64,000 nucleotides of DNA, taken from NCBI GenBank assembly GCA_031416075.1, contig JANOSY010000087.1, positions 1-64,000 of the forward strand, written 5' to 3'. Under the pieces are notes generated by a model that saw only the letters and a list, made by a program, of their open reading frames with translations, had not been told where the DNA came from and made no database searches. This document shows positions 58,445 to 64,000 of this stretch, piece after piece. A program made the translations under genes and the position numbers. Position 1 is the first letter of the stretch. Each line of letters starts with the position of its first letter. The DNA comes from Candidatus Tenderia sp. Its GTDB lineage: Bacteria > Pseudomonadota > Gammaproteobacteria > Tenderiales > Tenderiaceae.

Positions 58445-59638
58445 ATGGAAGTCTTGCAGTCGGGGAGTGATGTGCTCCTGTTATTGATGGGGGCAGTGAT
58501 GGTTCTGGCCATGCACGCCGGTTTTGCCTTCCTTGAGATGGGCACGGTGCGGCATAAAAATCAGGTCAATGCTCTGGTGAAGATCCTGGCTGACTTTGCC
58601 GTCTCCACCATCGCCTACTTTTTTATCGGTTATACCGTCGCTTATGGCGTCTCGTTTTTTGATGCCGCGCCGGTATTGGCAGAGCAGAACGGTCTGGCGC
58701 TGGTGAAGTTTTTCTTCCTGCTCACTTTTGCCGCCGCCATCCCGGCCATCGTCTCTGGCGGCATTGCTGAGCGGGCCAAGTTCAACCCACAGCTGGCCGC
58801 CACCTTTGCGCTGGTGGGGCTGATCTACCCACTCTTTGAAGGCATGGCCTGGAACGGCAACTTTGGCATGCAGGCGTGGCTGGAGGCGACTTTCGGTGCC
58901 AAGTTCCACGACTTTGCCGGTTCCATTGTAGTGCACGCCGTCGGTGGCTGGATTGCGCTGGCCGCTGTGTTGCTATTGGGGCCGCGCCATGGCCGTTACG
59001 GTAAGGATGGGGTGATGTACGCCCATCCACCCTCAAGTATTCCATTTCTGTCGTTGGGGGCTTGGATACTGACGGTGGGCTGGTTTGGCTTCAACGTCAT
59101 GTCGGCGCAGACGGTGGTGGGCATCAGCGGTCTGGTGGCGGTCAACTCGCTGATGGCGATGGTGGGCGGGGTGCTGGCGGCGCTGGTGATCGGGCGTAAC
59201 GACCCTGGCTTTGTGCACAACGGCCCACTGGCCGGGCTGGTGGCGGTCTGTGCCGGTTCTGATCTAATGCATCCGCTGGGAGCGCTCTTCACCGGCATTG
59301 TGGCGGGGGCGCTGTTTGTCTGGGCCTTCACCCTGACCCAAAACCGCTGGAAGATTGATGACGTTCTGGGCGTTTGGCCGCTGCACGGCCTTTGTGGGGT
59401 CTGGGGTGGTATCGCCGCCGGAGTCTTTGGATTGGAGATGTTTGGCGGCATGGGTGGTATTAGTTTCATGTCACAACTGATTGGCACGCTGATAGGGGTG
59501 GCGATCGCCTTTGTTGGTGGGCTTATCGTCTACGGCATCCTCAAAAAAGTGGTTGGACTGCGGCTGACCCAAGAGGAGGAGTACCAAGGGGCCGATTTGA
59601 GTATCCACAAGATTGCGGCGACGCCGCAGCGTGAGTGA
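58445..59638 (+). CDS. amt: Ammonium transporter
   Basis: MHAGFAFLE, IVSGGIAER, HDFAGSIVVH, GWFGFN, IDDVLGVWPLHG. Confidence 0.95.
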   Translation: MEVLQSGSDVLLLLMGAVMVLAMHAGFAFLEMGTVRHKNQVNALVKILADFAVSTIAYFFIGYTVAYGVSFFDAAPVLAEQNGLALVKFFFLLTFAAAIPAIVSGGIAERAKFNPQLAATFALVGLIYPLFEGMAWNGNFGMQAWLEATFGAKFHDFAGSIVVHAVGGWIALAAVLLLGPRHGRYGKDGVMYAHPPSSIPFLSLGAWILTVGWFGFNVMSAQTVVGISGLVAVNSLMAMVGGVLAALVIGRNDPGFVHNGPLAGLVAVCAGSDLMHPLGALFTGIVAGALFVWAFTLTQNRWKIDDVLGVWPLHGLCGVWGGIAAGVFGLEMFGGMGGISFMSQLIGTLIGVAIAFVGGLIVYGILKKVVGLRLTQEEEYQGADLSIHKIAATPQRE

Positions 59639-59896
59639 TCACTACTGTTAATAGGGTGCGTGAGTTCTGTGCGAGGCTATTGTATGAAAGATGGTTTATT
59701 TCTCCGACGAGGAAAAGGCGAGACCCTACTTGTCGAGAATGACACTTTATGGCGGAAGAGGTTGGCTATTGTATCAACTCATGTCGTGAGGTTGTGCTTA
59801 ATTGGAGCTGGTTACCCCGTGTATAGTGATTTGGCAGGGGGGCAAGCAGGTGTTTTGGTGGGTTACCACAATAGATGGCAGTAACAAAGTGAATAA

Positions 59897-60559
59897 ATGA
59901 AAGTGATGGTGCCAACGCAACCAAAGATTTACCATATCGTACATGTGGATCGCCTACCCTCGATTATCGTGGATGACCGACTGTGGTGCGATGCGGAAAT
60001 CGTTCGGCGCGCCCCGCCGGGAACCACAATAGGTATGAACGGTATCAAGCAAAGGCGGCTTGGTTTGTCCCTGGCCAGTCATACGGGAGTGCATGTGGGT
60101 GATTGTGTGCCGTTCTATTTCTGCCCGCGCTCAATCATGCTGTATCTGATTTATCAGGCTAATCACTCTGAAATGACCTATCGCGGCGGGCAAGAGCCAA
60201 TTGTTCATCTGGAGGCGGATCTTCGCGCTTCCGTTGCATGGGCTCAACAAAATTACCAGCGTTGGGCCTTCACCCTGTCGAATGCGGGGGCCTATTACTT
60301 TGAGGATCGTTGTGACCTGGCGCAATTGGATGAAATCAATTGGGATGCCGTTCAGACCAATCGATGGGGTGGAAACGGTATTGCAGCATCGGTCAAAGAA
60401 GGCAAGCAGGCGGAATTTCTGATGGAGCACAGCTTCCCGTGGCACCTGGTTGAACGCATCGGCGTGCATTCACGGGCGGTCTATCAGCAGGTGGTCAATG
60501 CCTTGCCTGCAGGTGGCCACCGGCCACAAGTTGAGATTAAATCAGAATGGTATTACTGA
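59897..60559 (+). CDS. darT: DarT DNA ADP-ribosyltransferase toxin (DUF4433)
   Basis: IYHIVH, VPFYFCPRSIMLY, FTLSNAG, KQAEFL with catalytic Glu, terminal WYY. Confidence 0.93.
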   Translation: MKVMVPTQPKIYHIVHVDRLPSIIVDDRLWCDAEIVRRAPPGTTIGMNGIKQRRLGLSLASHTGVHVGDCVPFYFCPRSIMLYLIYQANHSEMTYRGGQEPIVHLEADLRASVAWAQQNYQRWAFTLSNAGAYYFEDRCDLAQLDEINWDAVQTNRWGGNGIAASVKEGKQAEFLMEHSFPWHLVERIGVHSRAVYQQVVNALPAGGHRPQVEIKSEWYY

Positions 60560-60575
60560 TAAGGAGACGGCAAAG

Positions 60576-61625
60576 ATGATTGAATATAAAACTGGCGATA
60601 TTTTGCGAGAGGATGCCGAGGCCATTATCAACACCGTGAACTGTGTTGGCGTGATGGGGCGCGGCATCGCGCTGCAATTCAAAAATGCCTTTCCGCAGAA
60701 CTTCAAGGCCTATGCCGTTGCGTGCAAGAATGAGGAGGTGCAGCCCGGGCGGATGTTCGTGTTTGAGACCGGGCAACTGACCAATCCGCGCTACATTATC
60801 AATTTCCCGACCAAACGACATTGGCGCGGCAAGAGTCGAATGGAGGATATTGAGGCTGGCTTGAAGAATTTTGTTGAGGTTATTCATAAATGCAATATTC
60901 GTTCAGTCGCTATTCCACCTCTCGGTAGTGGCCTAGGTGGTCTCGACTGGTCAGAGGTTAGGCCGCGCATCGAGGAAGCAATGCGGCCACTTACTGATGT
61001 GCGCGTCATTATTTATGAACCCAAAGGTGCGCCCGCTATCGAGAAGATGGTGCATAACCGCGAGGTGCCAACCATGACCGCCGGGCGTGCTGCGCTCGTG
61101 GAGTTGATGAACCGCTATCTCGGAGGCTTGCTTGATCCCTCTGTCACCCTGCTGGAAGTACACAAGCTCATGTATTTCATGCAGGAGGCTGGCGAACCGC
61201 TACGACTCAAATACCAGAAAGCGTCTTATGGCCCCTATGCCGAAAACCTGCGCCATGTGCTGCACGCCATTGAGGGGCATCTTGTTTCGGGCTATGCGGA
61301 TGGCGGTGATGCGCCGGACAAGCAACTCAAACTGGTGCCGGGGGCTATAGAGGATGCTACTGCCTTCCTGCAACAGCATCCGGAAACCCGCGCTCGTTTT
61401 GACAAGGTGGCGGCGCTGGTTGAAGGGTTCGAATCTCCCTTTGGCTTGGAGCTTTTGTCCACTGTTTATTGGGTGATGAAAAACGAGACTGTGAAGTCTG
61501 TGGATAATGTGGTTAACCATACTCACGCCTGGGGTGAGCGTAAGCGAAGATTCACACCACGCCAGATTGCGCTTGCAGTAAATATGCTGGAGAAAAATAG
61601 TTGGGTGACTCCGCTGAATGTGTGA
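60576..61625 (+). CDS. darG: DarG macrodomain antitoxin (DNA ADP-ribosyl glycohydrolase)
   Basis: GDI..EAIINTVNCVGVMGRGIALQFK, IINFPTKRHW, IPPLGSGLGGLDW, YGPYA, FGLELLSTV; RBS AAGGAG. Confidence 0.95.
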   Translation: MIEYKTGDILREDAEAIINTVNCVGVMGRGIALQFKNAFPQNFKAYAVACKNEEVQPGRMFVFETGQLTNPRYIINFPTKRHWRGKSRMEDIEAGLKNFVEVIHKCNIRSVAIPPLGSGLGGLDWSEVRPRIEEAMRPLTDVRVIIYEPKGAPAIEKMVHNREVPTMTAGRAALVELMNRYLGGLLDPSVTLLEVHKLMYFMQEAGEPLRLKYQKASYGPYAENLRHVLHAIEGHLVSGYADGGDAPDKQLKLVPGAIEDATAFLQQHPETRARFDKVAALVEGFESPFGLELLSTVYWVMKNETVKSVDNVVNHTHAWGERKRRFTPRQIALAVNMLEKNSWVTPLNV

Positions 61626-61695
61626 TGGGGCAGTGTTTTACGGGTTGTACGATGAAAAGGAAGTCATTCAATATAGCGCCGGGTTCCTGTGTGCT

Positions 61696-61875
61696 ATTAG
61701 CCTCATGTCGCAATTGATGGGTACGCTGATAGGGGTGGCGATCGCCTTTGTTGGTGGGCTGGTCGTCTACGGCATCCTCAAAAAAATGGTTGGACTGCGG
61801 CTGACCCAAGAGGAGGAGTACCAAGGGGCCGATTTGAGTATCCACAAGATTGCGGCAACGCCGCAGCGTGACTAG
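61696..61875 (+). pseudogene. amt: Diverged duplicate of the last 180 bp of amt
   Basis: Aligns without gaps to 59459-59638 with about 13 mismatches by hand count. Confidence 0.93.
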
Positions 61876-61947
61876 TCTCTCTGGGCGGCGGGGCTACTCG
61901 GCCCCGCACTGCCCCCCTTGTAGCAATGAGTGACGGACTCTTCTGCC

Positions 61948-62502
61948 ATGAAAATCATCCTCATGCGTCATGGCGAGCCGCTTCTGGCCCACACGGGTTG
62001 GATTACAGCGGCACAGATGGGGCGTTGGATCGAGCAGTACAACCAGGCCGTGGTGGCAGCCGATAGCGCGCCACCTATCAATGTGAGTTTGGCCAGCGCT
62101 GTCACCACCATTGTCGTCAGCACCACACCACGGGCTGTATCGTCAGCAGCGGCGTTGGGGTGTGACGCTGCGATTGCCGATGCCCTCTTTTGCGAAGCAC
62201 AACTACCGTTTGCACAGTGGCGTTTTTTGCGTCTGCCTGCTGTTGTCTGGACGGCATTTTTCCGGTTGTTATGGTTCTGCGGTTACTCATGTGGCGCTGA
62301 CTCAATCCAGACAACTAAGGTCCGCGCCAAGGCCGCTGCCCAAAAACTGATGGCACTGGCGGAAAAAGGCCCCGTACTGCTGGTGGGGCACGGCATTATG
62401 AATCGTTTGATAGCCAGGGAGTTGGTTGCCACGGATTGGGTGGCAACCGCCAATCTTAAAAATAGCTATTGGAGCGCCACTATCTATAGCCCTAAAAAAT
62501 GA
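61948..62502 (+). CDS. Histidine phosphatase (phosphoglycerate mutase-like) family protein
   Basis: IILMRHGEP, STTPRA, LLVGHGIMN. Confidence 0.85.
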   Translation: MKIILMRHGEPLLAHTGWITAAQMGRWIEQYNQAVVAADSAPPINVSLASAVTTIVVSTTPRAVSSAAALGCDAAIADALFCEAQLPFAQWRFLRLPAVVWTAFFRLLWFCGYSCGADSIQTTKVRAKAAAQKLMALAEKGPVLLVGHGIMNRLIARELVATDWVATANLKNSYWSATIYSPKK

Positions 62503-62604
62503 CGTTTTTGTTTTTGAATGAAGATGAAACATGAATAACGATGCGGCTCATTAAAACTGCCCCTGATGTTCCTTAATGGTGTCGTCTAAAGCGCCTGCTG
62601 TTGG

Positions 62605-62805
62605 ATCGGCTGCACCATAGAGATAGTTTCATTGGCCTTTACAGGTTGCATCCCTGCACCAGCGCGTACCCACCCAACATTCTCTTTGCCAAAAGGCTCC
62701 TTCCAGAATAGGCGTGTATTTGAATGCCCAGCGGTTGAGGCTGGAGTGGTTGGTGTTAACGCCACGCGCCTCCATCATCTCTTCCAGATGCGGGCAGCTA
62801 AATGG
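62605..62805 (-). mobile_element. Degenerate IS6-family transposase relic
   Basis: Minus strand reads PFSCPHLEEMMEARGVNTNHSSLNRWAFKYTPILE...VGTRWCRDATCKGQ*NYLYGAAD, matching IS6 LSYRxLEEMMxERG..DHST..RW..WxxDETY..KGxWxYLYRAVD with a stop and deletions. Confidence 0.75.
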
Positions 62806-62930
62806 GTTTTGTTGACACAGCTTAGGAGATAAAAATAAATGTTAATAAAAGTGATGGGGCGGCCGATGCAAGGGCTTACATTTGAAAACAACATGTGAAG
62901 TATTAATTTTATTTAACAAGGACCATAAAC

Positions 62931-64000
62931 ATGTCTGAAGCCGCGCTTAAAGGTGTTATCCCTAAAAATTTTAAGCCCATCACAAACCGTGATCTCTCTA
63001 ATCTTGACGTGGACAAGTCGGCGGTAGCGGCACTGGCCCAGGGTGCCGTCAATGTGGAAAATTTCACAATCCCACTCTATCTGTGCGCCATGTCATCAAT
63101 TCACGGCACCCATAAAATCAGCAATCCGCTTGCAAAAGGGCGTCTTTGGGCGGGCATGTCGACGACACCTACACCTCTTGGCACAGTGCTTACGCCTAAT
63201 CAAGAGGCGTACAATACTATGTTTAGTGTGTTCATCCAGGAGATGTTGCATTTGCAATTGGCGGCTAACCTGGCCGCGGTGCTGGGCGTCACACCTAAGT
63301 TTTTTACAGGTTCTCTTTTGGAAAACAGTGCGGGTGGCTGGGGCTGTTATGGGCCGACTAACACCGTAATCCCCCATATCCTCGATCTGACCGATACCAA
63401 GACTTACGCCTCGGTCAACGTGGACATTGGTGAGCTGAGTCAGGAGCAGATCAATCTATTTCTGGCCATTGAGCAATCACATGATGCCGCTCTTGCAGAT
63501 ATTAATCCTGACGCGCGCGACAAATATTTCCCGGCCGTTCCTTTTGTTAACTGGGCAAGTGCAAATACAGAAAAAAATCTGCCATTATTTGGCACCATCG
63601 GTTGGATGTATAACTGTTTGCTCAAATACCTCACCATTGAGTACAGCGATGGGGAGACCTTATGGACAAAAATGTTCGACGCTACAAATTTAAGCAAGCA
63701 GCGGGATGTGTTTAACGGGATGACGAAATACCACAATCCTGAATATCCTCGTATGCCTACACAGATTAGTGCATCTGATCCTTCACTGGCGATTATTCAG
63801 GCGATAGACATGATCAGGGGTATTTCCGATCAAGGCGAAGGCGGCATCAAAAACGCCCTTAAGGGTTTTCGCCTCTATTTTCAGGAGCGCGTCGGGGCTG
63901 TCATTGTTGATAACAAAACAGCCTTTATCGATCACGTGGCAACCAATGATGTTCAGTTGCAGTTTCAACCAGATAAAGTCGCGCTAGCCATCGATTATCC
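62931..64000 (+). CDS. Ferritin-like domain protein (VioB/RebD C-terminal-type family), 3' end outside window
   Basis: Open frame from ATG 62931 (RBS AAGGA) to the window end. Motifs AVNVENFTIPLYL, IQEMLHLQLAAN, FLAIE, TIGWMY, ISDQGEG. Not in the supplied ORF track. Confidence 0.85.
   Translation, partial: MSEAALKGVIPKNFKPITNRDLSNLDVDKSAVAALAQGAVNVENFTIPLYLCAMSSIHGTHKISNPLAKGRLWAGMSTTPTPLGTVLTPNQEAYNTMFSVFIQEMLHLQLAANLAAVLGVTPKFFTGSLLENSAGGWGCYGPTNTVIPHILDLTDTKTYASVNVDIGELSQEQINLFLAIEQSHDAALADINPDARDKYFPAVPFVNWASANTEKNLPLFGTIGWMYNCLLKYLTIEYSDGETLWTKMFDATNLSKQRDVFNGMTKYHNPEYPRMPTQISASDPSLAIIQAIDMIRGISDQGEGGIKNALKGFRLYFQERVGAVIVDNKTAFIDHVATNDVQLQFQPDKVALAIDY

Noticed and set aside
59652-59729. 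ATAGGGTGCG...GACCCTAC as a decayed REPIN upstream of darT
   Set aside because: Only the terminal 6-7 nt resemble REP ends and no internal hairpins are preserved, so it cannot be supported, although the length is similar to the 270-348 element.
61618-61875. 85-aa ORF as a third gene of the darTG operon
   Set aside because: Its last 59 codons are the duplicated amt tail and the first 26 are unrelated filler; treated as a pseudogene fragment, though translation by coupling to darG is not excluded.

Overview
64 kb of a gammaproteobacterial chromosome (E. coli-type SOS boxes, CRP site, GlyGly-CTERM protein). The backbone is mostly housekeeping: mtgA, rpiA, zapE, dgkA, a lexA-imuA-AlkC-like operon, mazG, a QseB/QseC-like pair, an 11-gene MSHA-like type IV pilus cluster, hrpA, apaG, arsC, srkA, grxC, purT, cysK and amt. 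Three small accessory patches interrupt it. (1) At the left end is an intact RAYT transposase bracketed by long inverted REPs, next to ISAs1 and IS1182 remnants and a methyltransferase-glycosyltransferase cassette lying between a full mtgA and a diverged copy of its 3' half. (2) A low-GC NACHT NTPase has REP elements on both sides. (3) darTG lies between a full amt and a diverged 180-bp copy of its 3' end, followed by an IS6 relic and a ferritin-like ORF that runs off the window and is absent from the ORF track. The most notable pattern is the integrase-free architecture 'intact gene - cargo - diverged 3' duplicate of the same gene', seen twice. Also seen: a candidate leader-peptide attenuator, a consensus CRP site between cNMP-binding genes, two probable pseudoenzymes and mid-gene GC switches bounding the distal pilus genes. 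No rRNA, tRNA or CRISPR array was recognised. All family assignments come from motif recognition by eye, not database searches.
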